Counted from the first letter of the stretch, positions 21,700 to 31,193 are shown. The stretch: 39,646 bases of DNA from Sedimentisphaerales bacterium (GCA_016933395.1 JAFGBA010000252.1:1-39646); one strand, 5' to 3'. The notes: a model not told the origin generated them from the sequence alone. Numbers and translations are program-made.

Positions 21700-23562
21700 T
21701 CAGTTCATAGAGTACGTCCAAAGCCAGTTTTCGGCCAGAAACGCCAAATCCAGAATATCCACCCACCCGTTGCGATCCATATCCTGGGGCGCTAGAAGGG
21801 TTTTACTCAACCAATTTTGGGTAAATTGGACAAAATCGGTAATATCAACCTGGTCATCGTTATTCAGATCCGCCACATTTCCAGCGAGCGACGTAGATTG
21901 ACTGGCCTGAGAGGTTCCTCCATAAGCCCCTATATTAACAAGTCTTCCATGAGGCCAAAGTTCCCTGACGATATGTTCATTGGGATCTCCGGCGTCGATG
22001 GCGGGACTATCAACATCATCCAATACCCATGCCCCCGTCTGGGGAGAATTTAGCCAATTTTGCATAAGCAACGCCAAATCAACAACATCCACGATATTAT
22101 TCCGGTCCAGGTCGCTCGCTATGTCAGGACCGGTTTGCATCCAATCGCCGGAAAAGCAAATAAAATCCCCAAGAGTCACTTTTCCGTCATCGTTAAAATC
22201 ACAGGAACGGTAGAAATCCGGATCCCACCTTCCGATAGTGGAACGAAGATGGTAATTGCTGGCGGTAACGGAAGGTTCCTGGAGGGCGAATTGCGGATTT
22301 TGGGTGATATTACCCAATCCCAGCCAGTTTAAAACACCATAACTATTTGTGAAAACTCCCGTCTCGCCTCCGCTGACGCAACAATAGGCAACGGTTAAAA
22401 CGGCCGGATGCTGAAAATCCCCTTCAATCGCCAACTGTCCGCCCTTGTCCGCCTGGTTGCCCCAAACTATCGAATTTTTCAAATATAATACGCTATTGGT
22501 GCACAACAGGCCGCCGCCATCATGCCCGGCGGAATTATCTGCAATAGTAAAATTCTCCAGAGTTAAATTATGACTATCAACAACCCAAACACCGGCGCCG
22601 TCACTGGCTTCGTTGCCGGCGATGATAATATTTCTCAAAATGGCGCTTTGACCCTCCCCTGTAGCCTGGATACCCCCTCCGGAACCGTAACTGACGGTAT
22701 AACAACCAATAAACACGCACTCGGAGATTTCCGGGCTATTACCGTTCATGTCCAGGTATAATCCGCCGCCAAAGGAGCCGTTATTATCCTGAAAGATACA
22801 CCTGTTCACAATAGGATTACAGTCGCCGCATAAATAGCCTCCCCCCCCAAAAGTACCGTTATTATTCTGGAAAACACAATCGCGAATTACGGGATTACTA
22901 TCGACAGTAAAGTAGAATCCGCCACCGTTGCCCAGCGTGTAATTGCCTTCAAAACGGCAATTTTCGATAACCGGCGACGCCTGATTCTGACCATAAACCG
23001 CACCGCCGGCGGCATAAGAACGGTTTTCCTGAAACATGCAATTCCGCATGGTTGGGCTGGCGCCATCGCAAAATACGGCGCCTCCAACCGATGGCTTACT
23101 GGTGGCGAGAGGAATAACTTCCTCCGGGCCATAACCATCTATAAACGTGATTCCTTCCACAACAGCTTCAGAGGTTTCATTATGTGCAAAAGAGATTCCC
23201 CGATGAGGATTATTTAACGTCCCCTGGCAGTTAATAATACAGTTTTCAGGGCCTTTATCGCTTTGGAGATGGATATGACGTGTTTGACCGCCGCCAAGCC
23301 CGTCGGCAAAATCCAAATCGACGTTTCCCGGACCTTGATAAACACCATCAGCAAGAATGACCTTATCCCCATCCACACAGAGGTTAACGGCATTCTGAAT
23401 GGTGCGTTTGGGTCCATTGGGATCGCCTGGCACGGATGAGGTCCCATTCCAGGCATCGTTTCCAAACACCGGATCCACGTAGAATGTTGATGCTTGCACG
23501 CTCAGTCTGGACAATGCAGCCAGCGCCCCCATAACGCACAACAACCCAATCCGGCTCAACAT
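21700..23562 (-). CDS. Secreted right-handed parallel beta-helix protein with two dockerin-like modules
   Basis: TIQNAV, repeated F..N..GGG motifs, DFNDDGKV/DLDRNNIVD and DLNNDDQVD/DMDRNGWVD, SPAIDAGDP, NIGAYGGT. GGAGG RBS before ATG 23562 (alternative start 23622). Confidence 0.88.
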   Translation of the reverse strand: MLSRIGLLCVMGALAALSRLSVQASTFYVDPVFGNDAWNGTSSVPGDPNGPKRTIQNAVNLCVDGDKVILADGVYQGPGNVDLDFADGLGGGQTRHIHLQSDKGPENCIINCQGTLNNPHRGISFAHNETSEAVVEGITFIDGYGPEEVIPLATSKPSVGGAVFCDGASPTMRNCMFQENRSYAAGGAVYGQNQASPVIENCRFEGNYTLGNGGGFYFTVDSNPVIRDCVFQNNNGTFGGGGYLCGDCNPIVNRCIFQDNNGSFGGGLYLDMNGNSPEISECVFIGCYTVSYGSGGGIQATGEGQSAILRNIIIAGNEASDGAGVWVVDSHNLTLENFTIADNSAGHDGGGLLCTNSVLYLKNSIVWGNQADKGGQLAIEGDFQHPAVLTVAYCCVSGGETGVFTNSYGVLNWLGLGNITQNPQFALQEPSVTASNYHLRSTIGRWDPDFYRSCDFNDDGKVTLGDFICFSGDWMQTGPDIASDLDRNNIVDVVDLALLMQNWLNSPQTGAWVLDDVDSPAIDAGDPNEHIVRELWPHGRLVNIGAYGGTSQASQSTSLAGNVADLNNDDQVDITDFVQFTQNWLSKTLLAPQDMDRNGWVDILDLAFLAENWLWTYSMN

Positions 23563-23643
23563 GAGCCACGAACCTCCTCTGTAACGCGGGCAGGCTCTTT
23601 CTCCTCCAAAACTTATACTCATCAGTTATGTTACCAACAGATT

Positions 23644-23659
23644 TGCATAAAATCAACCA
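23644..23659 (-). promoter_or_regulatory. Putative sigma-54 -24/-12 promoter
   Basis: TGGTTGATTTTATGCA: exact GG-N10-GC spacing, weak flanks. Confidence 0.45.
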
Positions 23660-23761
23660 TATCAATAAACAAGCCTGTTAAAAACAAAGCCGAATCTATC
23701 TTAACTATTTGCCAATAAAGGAGTTACTGATAACACGTCACTCAATCACTCCCTTTTAACC

Positions 23762-23790
23762 TTGACCCGGCTTATAATGGAAGTTAGATT
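23762..23790 (+). promoter_or_regulatory. Putative sigma-70 promoter of the DUF502-PTS operon
   Basis: TTGACC-N17-TAGATT. Confidence 0.55.
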
Positions 23791-23859
23791 GCATTGTTCT
23801 TTTTGACAAAATAAGGTATTACTTGACCAATAGCAGGAACTTAGAGCGAATGACACAAT

Positions 23860-24702
23860 ATGGCGGAACGTCACAGAGAAGGATTCTGGATTAATTTTAA
23901 ACGGCTGTTTATCCGCGGCCTGGCGACGGTCCTACCGACGATCCTGACCATTGTCTTGCTCGTTAAATGTTACGAATTTGTCCAGGATAACATCAGTAGG
24001 TACATAACCGAGGGGGTAATCCATATTGTTCACGGTGCGGTGGAAAATTATCCGGAAATCACCACAGAAGACCGCAAAGATTACTTCCAGGAACATAAAC
24101 TGACCGAGCAAGATAACGATCCCGCTCTCGAAGACGAGATACGTCTGTGGAAATTACGACAAACCTGGAGTCACGGCCCGCGATCTCTGGTTGGATTCCT
24201 GCTGGCGATCATTATGGTTTATTTTATCGGTTTTTTCCTGGCCAGTTATCTGGGTCGTAAAGTCTGGCAGGTGTTTGAGCATATTTTTATGCATACGCCC
24301 GGCTTCAAGCAATTATATCCCTATATTAAACAGGTAACTGAGTTTTTATTCGGGGAACGACATATTCAGCGATATACTCGCGTCGTGGCGGTGGAATACC
24401 CTCGTAAAGGCATCTGGTCGGTCGGCTTGGTCACCGGCGGCGGATTGACACGACTCCGCGACCATCTTCAGGAAGATCTACTGACGGTTTTTATTCCCAG
24501 TTCCCCCACGCCTGTAACGGGTTATGTTATTACCGTCGATAAAAATGACGTCATCGACCTGCCTTTGACCATTGAAGAAACATTACGATTTTGCATCAGC
24601 GGCGGAGTCATAACACCCCAACATCCCTTATCCGCCGAACTGACCAAAGCCGCCATCCCCGATAAGGATAAACTTATTCCTCCCCAAACACAAAATAGCT
24701 GA
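23860..24702 (+). CDS. DUF502 membrane protein
   Basis: F.RGLATVLP..LT, VAVEYPRKG, VFIPSSPTPVTGY, ISGGV. Confidence 0.9.
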   Translation: MAERHREGFWINFKRLFIRGLATVLPTILTIVLLVKCYEFVQDNISRYITEGVIHIVHGAVENYPEITTEDRKDYFQEHKLTEQDNDPALEDEIRLWKLRQTWSHGPRSLVGFLLAIIMVYFIGFFLASYLGRKVWQVFEHIFMHTPGFKQLYPYIKQVTEFLFGERHIQRYTRVVAVEYPRKGIWSVGLVTGGGLTRLRDHLQEDLLTVFIPSSPTPVTGYVITVDKNDVIDLPLTIEETLRFCISGGVITPQHPLSAELTKAAIPDKDKLIPPQTQNS

Positions 24703-24755
24703 CTTCCCCGGAGAACAAGGTATTATTAGCAGATATAGAAAGGAGCACAACTAAC

Positions 24756-25100
24756 GTGAATATCACTCTTACCGGCAGGCATATGGATATAACGGATGCT
24801 CTGCGGTCTTATGCCGACAAAAAACTGGACCGGTTGCGCCGCATGGCTCAACGCGTTTCCGAAATCGAGGTTATTCTGAGCGATGAGAATCAGAAACACC
24901 GTTGTGAAATCATTCTGCGGATCGACAACGCTCCGCCCATGGTCGTCCATGAAACCGGCGACGATATGTACGCCTGTCTGGACGGCGCCGTGGACAAAAT
25001 CGAACGGCAATTAGCGCGACATAAAGAACGGACCCGCAATCACAAAGGACGCACCGGCGCCGGCGAAGCAACCGCGGGCATTATCGAGACACAGGAGTAA
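24756..25100 (+). CDS. hpf: Ribosome hibernation promoting factor (short HPF/RaiA)
   Basis: MNITLTGRHMDITDALRSY, DMYACLD.AVDKIERQL; AAGGAG RBS, GTG start. Confidence 0.92.
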   Translation: MNITLTGRHMDITDALRSYADKKLDRLRRMAQRVSEIEVILSDENQKHRCEIILRIDNAPPMVVHETGDDMYACLDGAVDKIERQLARHKERTRNHKGRTGAGEATAGIIETQE

Positions 25101-25106
25101 TTATTA

Positions 25107-25592
25107 ATGAACCTCTGCGAGTTTATGGTTCCTGAGGCTTTTGTACCGCATTTGGAAGGGACCAAACGTGACGATATTATTCGAGAACTGGTCAACGGCC
25201 TGGCGCAGGCCGGCGCTATCAAGACGGAAAACATCGAAGATATTATCCTGCGCCTGATTGATCGTGAAAAACAAGGCAGTACAGGCATCGGCAAGGGCAT
25301 CGCCGTCCCCCATATCAAGCATCCCAGCGTCGCCCGTATTGTGGGCACCATCGGTTGCAGTCGGGCGGGCGTCGATTTTGCCTCCCTGGATAAGGCGCCG
25401 GTTTTTTCCGTGTTGTTGCTGCTCAGCCCGCCGGATAATCCCGACCGACATCTTGAAGCCATGGAAAGCCTCTTTGGCCACTTGCAGCGGGACATGTTCC
25501 GCAAGTTTCTGCGCCAGGCGGACTCGCGGGAAACGCTGGTTGATTTGATTCAAGAAGCCGATGAGAGCAATTCCTCTCCCCGGAAAAAGTAA
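25107..25592 (+). CDS. ptsN: PTS EIIA (Fru/Ntr-type)
   Basis: REKQGSTGIGKGIAVPH, GVDFASLD. Confidence 0.88.
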   Translation: MNLCEFMVPEAFVPHLEGTKRDDIIRELVNGLAQAGAIKTENIEDIILRLIDREKQGSTGIGKGIAVPHIKHPSVARIVGTIGCSRAGVDFASLDKAPVFSVLLLLSPPDNPDRHLEAMESLFGHLQRDMFRKFLRQADSRETLVDLIQEADESNSSPRKK

Positions 25593-25605
25593 TCAAAGGG
25601 ACATC

Positions 25606-25896
25606 ATGGGGCCGCAACCGACCGCCGAACGAGTAATTGAAATACGCAGCAGTGAAGGGCTTCATATGCGTCCCGCGATGCGCTTCGTTCAACGAGCCAG
25701 CAGTTTCGCCAGTTCCGTCTCCCTCATCAAGGGGGATCTGACGGTGGACGGTAAAAGCATTATGCAGGTGACCATGCTGGCGGCGACCAAGGGAACTCAA
25801 ATTCGATTATGCACCAAAGGCCCCGACGCCGTTGAAGCCGCCGACGTGTTGGCGGAATTGTTGGCCCATGAAACCTCCGAAACTCCGACAAATTAA
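25606..25896 (+). CDS. ptsH: HPr phosphocarrier
   Basis: GLHMRPA (His15 equivalent), DGKSIMQV (Ser46 equivalent). Confidence 0.92.
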   Translation: MGPQPTAERVIEIRSSEGLHMRPAMRFVQRASSFASSVSLIKGDLTVDGKSIMQVTMLAATKGTQIRLCTKGPDAVEAADVLAELLAHETSETPTN

Positions 25897-27636
25897 ATGG
25901 AAATATTAAAAGGCATAGGTGTTTCGTCCGGCGTGGCGATCTGCTCGGCGGTGCTGCTGGACGCCGAAGAATATCGTATTCCCCGGCGTCAGATCGCGGC
26001 GACGGTGGTTCGCGCCGAGCAACAGCGATTGCGTCAAGCCTTTAGCCAGGCCGCTCAGGAAGTCGCCGGACTGCAGAACGCCCAACAGGAATTATGGGAC
26101 AGTAAAATCAAGGACATCTTCGCCGTTCATCTGCACTTCCTCCGCGATCGCACGCTGCGGCGGCAGATTGCCGATCTCATCGAACAACAGCATTACTCGG
26201 CGGAATACGCCGTGAGCGTCGTTCTGCGCGACGTGGCCAAGCATTTTTCGCAGGCGTCCGACGCTTACATTTCCGAGCGCGTCAATGACATTTATGATAT
26301 CGAAAAACGTCTCATTCGCCACCTCATCGGCCAGCGCCGCGAAGACCTCGCTCATCTGAGTGAACCCGTGATTGTCGTCGCTCATGACCTGACGCCCATG
26401 CAAACCGCTTCTTTTGATAAACACTACGTTCTTGGCCTGGCGACCGACGCCGGGGGACGCACCAGCCACACGGCCATTGTCGCCCGCAGTTTGAGTATTC
26501 CCGCCGTCGTCGCTTTGGGGCAAGTCAGCGAAAAAACCGCCGGCGGGGACACCGTCATCGTGGACGGACACCGCGGCCTCTTCATCATCAATCCCGATGA
26601 AGACACCATTAATGAATATCGCGCATTCGAAGCCACTATTCTTGAACATATTCATGAACTCGATGAACTCGCCCAGCAATCCGCCATCACCACCGACGGC
26701 GTCACCATCCAGTTATTAGGCAATATCGAATTCCCCGATGAAGCCGACATCACTTTAAAAAAAGGCGGCGACGGCATCGGCCTGTACCGCACGGAATTCC
26801 TTTATATCGACGCCGACCATGAACCCACCGAGGAGGATCATTATCAGGCCTATCTCCAGGTTATTAAAATTTTTGGCAATAGTCCCATCACGATTCGCAC
26901 CCTTGATCTGGGCGCGGACAAATTCACCCAGAATCGCCGGTCCGCCCGTGAACCCAATCCGTTTTTGGGATTGCGCTCCATTCGCTACTGTCTTCGTAAT
27001 ATCGCCATGTTCAAACGTCAGATTCGCGCCATCCTCCGCGCCAGCGCCCACGGCAATCTGAAGTTGATGTTTCCGTTAATCACCAACCTGCTCGAACTCC
27101 GTCAGGCCAAATGGCTGGTCGCCGACGCCCGGGAAGACCTCGAGGAGGAAGGCATTCATTTTGACGAAAATATTCAAATAGGCATGATGGTGGAAACGCC
27201 CGCCGCGGCGTTAATGGCCGATGAATTCGCCCATGAGGTGGATTTTTTCAGCATTGGCACCAACGACTTAATTCAATATACCCTGGCGGTGGATCGCGGC
27301 AATGAAGAGGTGGCCAGTTTGTACAGTCCCGCCCATCCGGCGGTTCTAACGTTACTGCGGCAGGTGATGCAATCCGCCCGCCGCGCCAAAATCGACCTGA
27401 GTCTCTGTGGTGAAATGGCCAGCGACGTCGATTATACGGCCCTGTTACTGGGACTGGGATTCACCACGCTAAGCATGGCGGCGCCGATGATTCCCGAAAT
27501 CAAGCGCGTTATCCGCGCTCTTAGTATGGAACAATGCCGACAAATCGCCCGTAAAGCCGTCGGCTTCGACACGGACAAACAAATTATCAGTTACTTGCGC
27601 ACGGAAATGCAGAATATTCTTTCTGACGAAACATGA
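25897..27636 (+). CDS. ptsI: PEP-protein phosphotransferase (Enzyme I, no GAF domain)
   Basis: GGRTSHTAI, GLYRTEF, NPFLGLR, SIGTNDL, CGE. Confidence 0.96.
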   Translation: MEILKGIGVSSGVAICSAVLLDAEEYRIPRRQIAATVVRAEQQRLRQAFSQAAQEVAGLQNAQQELWDSKIKDIFAVHLHFLRDRTLRRQIADLIEQQHYSAEYAVSVVLRDVAKHFSQASDAYISERVNDIYDIEKRLIRHLIGQRREDLAHLSEPVIVVAHDLTPMQTASFDKHYVLGLATDAGGRTSHTAIVARSLSIPAVVALGQVSEKTAGGDTVIVDGHRGLFIINPDEDTINEYRAFEATILEHIHELDELAQQSAITTDGVTIQLLGNIEFPDEADITLKKGGDGIGLYRTEFLYIDADHEPTEEDHYQAYLQVIKIFGNSPITIRTLDLGADKFTQNRRSAREPNPFLGLRSIRYCLRNIAMFKRQIRAILRASAHGNLKLMFPLITNLLELRQAKWLVADAREDLEEEGIHFDENIQIGMMVETPAAALMADEFAHEVDFFSIGTNDLIQYTLAVDRGNEEVASLYSPAHPAVLTLLRQVMQSARRAKIDLSLCGEMASDVDYTALLLGLGFTTLSMAAPMIPEIKRVIRALSMEQCRQIARKAVGFDTDKQIISYLRTEMQNILSDET

Positions 27637-28352
27637 TAACACCTTCTGATGAGTTTTATCAATGGGGGGCGTGGTTTACGGTTGAGGCCGAAGCCGCCTG
27701 GCTTTCACACCACGATACCTGCCGTCACTGGCAGCGCGCGTTGCGGCGCACGGATTTAAAATTACGCTATTCGTCAGGATTCAATCCGCATCCGAAGATA
27801 TCCTTGCCGACACCGCGGTCCGTCGGGCAAAAATCCCGGGAAGAGTTGACGCTTTTTGAGACGATTGCTCCCTATGCAACCGAACATCTTCACCGGCGGT
27901 TGGCGGAACAAATGCCGGCGAATATTATTTTGGTGCGCAGCGGATATTTTTGTCCGCGCGTGAAGATATATCCCACGGCGGCCGCGTACCGATTACGGCT
28001 ATCGGCCCGCCTGGACACCCAGGCCCTGGCCCGAAACATCGCCGGCTTCAATAAGGCCGCGGAATGGCCCGTTGTCCGCGCCGCCCACGGCCGACATCCG
28101 CAACGCCGGATCGATATCCGAGCCGGCGTCGTAAATCTCACCCTGGATCAGCGGGAACTGTGCTGGACGTTGACCTTCAACGCCGCCGGAACCTGCCGTA
28201 TTAACGAATTACTCGCAGCCCTTGATATCCCTGATGACGGTATCGAGGAACTGCTTCGAGAACAGGTAAGTTATCGCGTGATACAATCCGGACAAACTTA
28301 TGAGGTTGCCGACACCGCCGCATTGATGGCGTTGACGCAGTCCGTCGCTTGA
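27633..28352 (+). CDS. DUF2344 / TIGR03936 radical-SAM-linked protein
   Basis: WLSHHD, RALRR, YSSGFNPHPKIS, SVG..S..E, IDIR; ATGA overlap with ptsI. Confidence 0.8.
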   Translation: MITPSDEFYQWGAWFTVEAEAAWLSHHDTCRHWQRALRRTDLKLRYSSGFNPHPKISLPTPRSVGQKSREELTLFETIAPYATEHLHRRLAEQMPANIILVRSGYFCPRVKIYPTAAAYRLRLSARLDTQALARNIAGFNKAAEWPVVRAAHGRHPQRRIDIRAGVVNLTLDQRELCWTLTFNAAGTCRINELLAALDIPDDGIEELLREQVSYRVIQSGQTYEVADTAALMALTQSVA

Positions 28353-28414
28353 TTCCGGAATATCTGGAACACGCTAAAAAAACGGAACAATTTACACAGA
28401 AAGGGGTAACGACT

Positions 28415-29944
28415 TTGGCGCGCGAAATGCTAATTAATGTGGCGCAGGAAGAAGAGTGCCGCATCGCCGTCGTGGAAGACGGTCAACTGGAAGAACTGTA
28501 TATTGAGCGTATTAATGACGGAAGCCACGTCGGCAACATTTATAAAGGCAAGGTGGTCAATGTTGAGCCGAGCATTCAGGCGTGTTTTGTTGATTTTGGC
28601 ATCGGTAAAAACGGTTTCCTCCATATCAGCGACCTGCAATCGAGTTACTTTCAGGAAAAATCCGTCGAAAAGGAACGCGTGGGGAAAAAACGCCCCCGCC
28701 GGGATCGACCGCCGATTCAGGAATGCCTAAAACGCGGTCAGGAACTGATTGTTCAGGTGATTAAGGAAGGCATCGGCACCAAAGGACCGACGCTAACGAC
28801 ATATTTGTCGATCCCCGGACGATTTCTCGTGCTTATGCCCGGCATGAATCGTTTGGGCATCAGCCGTAAAATCGAGGATGACGAAGCGCGCAACAAACTG
28901 CGGGATTTGCTCAAACAACTGGAAATGCCCAAGGACATGGGTTTCATCGCCCGCACCGCCGGCATCGACCGCAATAAACGCGAACTGCAGCGCGACTTGA
29001 ATTATTTGATGCGTTTATGGAATAATATCAACGGCAAAATAAAATCCACCCCTGCTCCCATTGTGTTATATCAGGAATCGGATCTGGTCACCCGCACCCT
29101 GCGTGACGTTTTCAACAGCAACATTACCCGCGTCAGTTGTGATTCCGACGCCACCGTGAAAAAAGTGCGCGATTTTCTTCGCGTCGCCATGCCGCGCACG
29201 CGCTGCAAGGTGCAGCTTTACACGGAAAGCCGCCCTCTTTTCAGCAAATACGGCATCGAAGAGGAAATCGAGCGCATTCAGGCGCGCCACGTCGCTTTGA
29301 AAAACGGCGGTTCGCTGGTCATCGACTCCACCGAGGCGCTGGTGGCCATCGACGTCAACAGCGGTAAATACCGCGCCCACGAAGACGCCGAATCCACGGC
29401 TTTCAAGATCAACCAGGCCGCCGTACCGGAAATCGCCCGTCAGTTACGTCTGCGCGATTTGGGCGGCGTTATCATTATTGATTTTATCGACATGATGCAG
29501 GAAAAACACCGCCGCGCCATTGAAAAGATATTGCGCGAAGCCGTCGCCCTGGACCGCGCCCGCACCAAGATTTTGCGCATCAGCCAGTTCGGCATCGTGG
29601 AAATGACCCGCCAGCGCATGCGCCCGTCTTTTACCCACAGTTCTTACAGCCAGTGCCCGCTTTGCCGCGGTTACGGACGGGTAAAAACTCCCGAAAGCAT
29701 TTCTATCGAAGTCATGCGGCGGCTGCAAAGTCTGATAAACCGCAATGACATGATGCAAATCCAGGTCACCCTTCATCCCACGGCGGCCTTGTTTCTGCAA
29801 AATCAAAAACGCGCCGTGATCGCCGATTTGGAAAAAACCAAAGGACGCGCCATTATCATTGACGCCGATCCTCTTCTGAGCCACAACGAATTCCGTTTCT
29901 CCGGGAAAGACGCGCGCGGCAGCGTTATAAATCTCGATGGATAA
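28415..29944 (+). CDS. rng: Rne/Rng-family ribonuclease
   Basis: GNIYKGKV, AIDVNSG, RQLRLRDLGGVIIIDFIDM, CPLCRG. TTG 28415 follows AAGGGG (alternative start ATG 28427). Confidence 0.94.
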   Translation: MAREMLINVAQEEECRIAVVEDGQLEELYIERINDGSHVGNIYKGKVVNVEPSIQACFVDFGIGKNGFLHISDLQSSYFQEKSVEKERVGKKRPRRDRPPIQECLKRGQELIVQVIKEGIGTKGPTLTTYLSIPGRFLVLMPGMNRLGISRKIEDDEARNKLRDLLKQLEMPKDMGFIARTAGIDRNKRELQRDLNYLMRLWNNINGKIKSTPAPIVLYQESDLVTRTLRDVFNSNITRVSCDSDATVKKVRDFLRVAMPRTRCKVQLYTESRPLFSKYGIEEEIERIQARHVALKNGGSLVIDSTEALVAIDVNSGKYRAHEDAESTAFKINQAAVPEIARQLRLRDLGGVIIIDFIDMMQEKHRRAIEKILREAVALDRARTKILRISQFGIVEMTRQRMRPSFTHSSYSQCPLCRGYGRVKTPESISIEVMRRLQSLINRNDMMQIQVTLHPTAALFLQNQKRAVIADLEKTKGRAIIIDADPLLSHNEFRFSGKDARGSVINLDG

Positions 29945-29947
29945 ACG

Positions 29948-30802
29948 ATGATGCTCAATGCGTTGAGTTTTAATGTCGAATCCTATGGGGACGCCCTGGC
30001 CGCGGCGCCTCATTCGCCAAACGCGGTTTGCCCATCGGATGACCGGATCGAATACGGATTGTCGATCGTGCGGGAATTATTGGAACGTTATAATACACAA
30101 GCGACGTTCTTCTTCTCCGGAGAAATTGCCCGCCGCCATCCGGAGTGGGTTCGGCGCCTCAGTAAGGAAGGACACGAAATCGCCGCTCAACTCATGACCT
30201 TTCGCCGTCTTGTGGATATTCCTCCGGAACATTTCCGCGGCGAACTCCAACAATGTAAAACCTTATTGGAAGACCTTATCGACCGTCCTGTTCGAGGTTT
30301 TCGTGCTCCCTACTTCAGCATGATCCGGCAAACATTCTGGACCCTTGATGAAATTGTTCATCTGGGATTCAATTATGACGCCAGCATTATCCCTGTCCGC
30401 CATGGGGATTTTGGGATTCCCGAAGTACTTCCCAACATCCATAAGCTGACCACTTTGGAACATCAGCATATCACGGAAGTCCCTCCTTTAACTATCGGCT
30501 GGACGGGCCATCGCTTTCCTCTTGGCACCACTCCATACCTGCGGCTGATACCGTCAGGTTGGACCTGGCTTTTTATCCGAAGGCGAAACAGGGCGGGATT
30601 TCCCACCTTGATTAACTTTAATACCTGGGAATTTGACCCCGCCCAACCCCGTCTGACATTGCCCTGGCTAAAACGTGCTTTCCATTATTACAACCTTAGT
30701 GGAACCATCCGCAAACTTAAATACCTTTGTCGCCACGTCCATTTTGCTCCCATCGCTCAGTTTGTTTTTCCCGGCGATTCGCTACTCTCGCCCGCCGGCT
30801 AA
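29948..30802 (+). CDS. Exosortase-A-type polysaccharide deacetylase family protein (DUF3473), catalytic motifs degenerate
   Basis: ATFFF.G, GHEI, GFRAPYFS, YDAS, WEFDPAQPR, HYYNL. Confidence 0.85.
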   Translation: MMLNALSFNVESYGDALAAAPHSPNAVCPSDDRIEYGLSIVRELLERYNTQATFFFSGEIARRHPEWVRRLSKEGHEIAAQLMTFRRLVDIPPEHFRGELQQCKTLLEDLIDRPVRGFRAPYFSMIRQTFWTLDEIVHLGFNYDASIIPVRHGDFGIPEVLPNIHKLTTLEHQHITEVPPLTIGWTGHRFPLGTTPYLRLIPSGWTWLFIRRRNRAGFPTLINFNTWEFDPAQPRLTLPWLKRAFHYYNLSGTIRKLKYLCRHVHFAPIAQFVFPGDSLLSPAG

Positions 30803-30898
30803 ATACGGCCAAACGCTTTTTCATAACTATTTTGAATAGTGAGATTTATTATAAATACTCAATATCCATCACTAATGTCCTATAAAAACCTCATCTGC

Positions 30899-30914
30899 GT
30901 TGCGTAAACGCAAC
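30899..30914. promoter_or_regulatory. Perfect inverted repeat, candidate activator site (UAS)
   Basis: GTTGCGT-AA-ACGCAAC. Confidence 0.5.
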
Positions 30915-31056
30915 ACCAATATGCCCTTTTTCAGCCGAAAATGTATAACATTCCGCAAAATCCCACTAACAGGAACATGCAAATAATGCCATAACGCATT
31001 CATTATTAATAAGTTATACGATTTTTGACATTTATCGGGCTATATTTACTCAAGTC

Positions 31057-31086
31057 TTGACAAAACGGTACTTGTTTTGCTATATT
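31057..31086 (+). promoter_or_regulatory. Overlapping sigma-70 and sigma-54 promoter candidates
   Basis: TTGACA-N18-TATATT with extended TG; CGGTACTTGTTTTGCT (GG-N10-GC, TTGC) at 31066-31081. Confidence 0.6.
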
Positions 31087-31193
31087 TAGAGTTGTAGTTC
31101 CAGGGTGAGTCTAGGCGCCTTGGTGAGGCCAAGAGAGTAGTACCTTTCCTTTCACCACCTTCAGGAAACAGTGAGTGAGGGAGAGAGGTTCTG

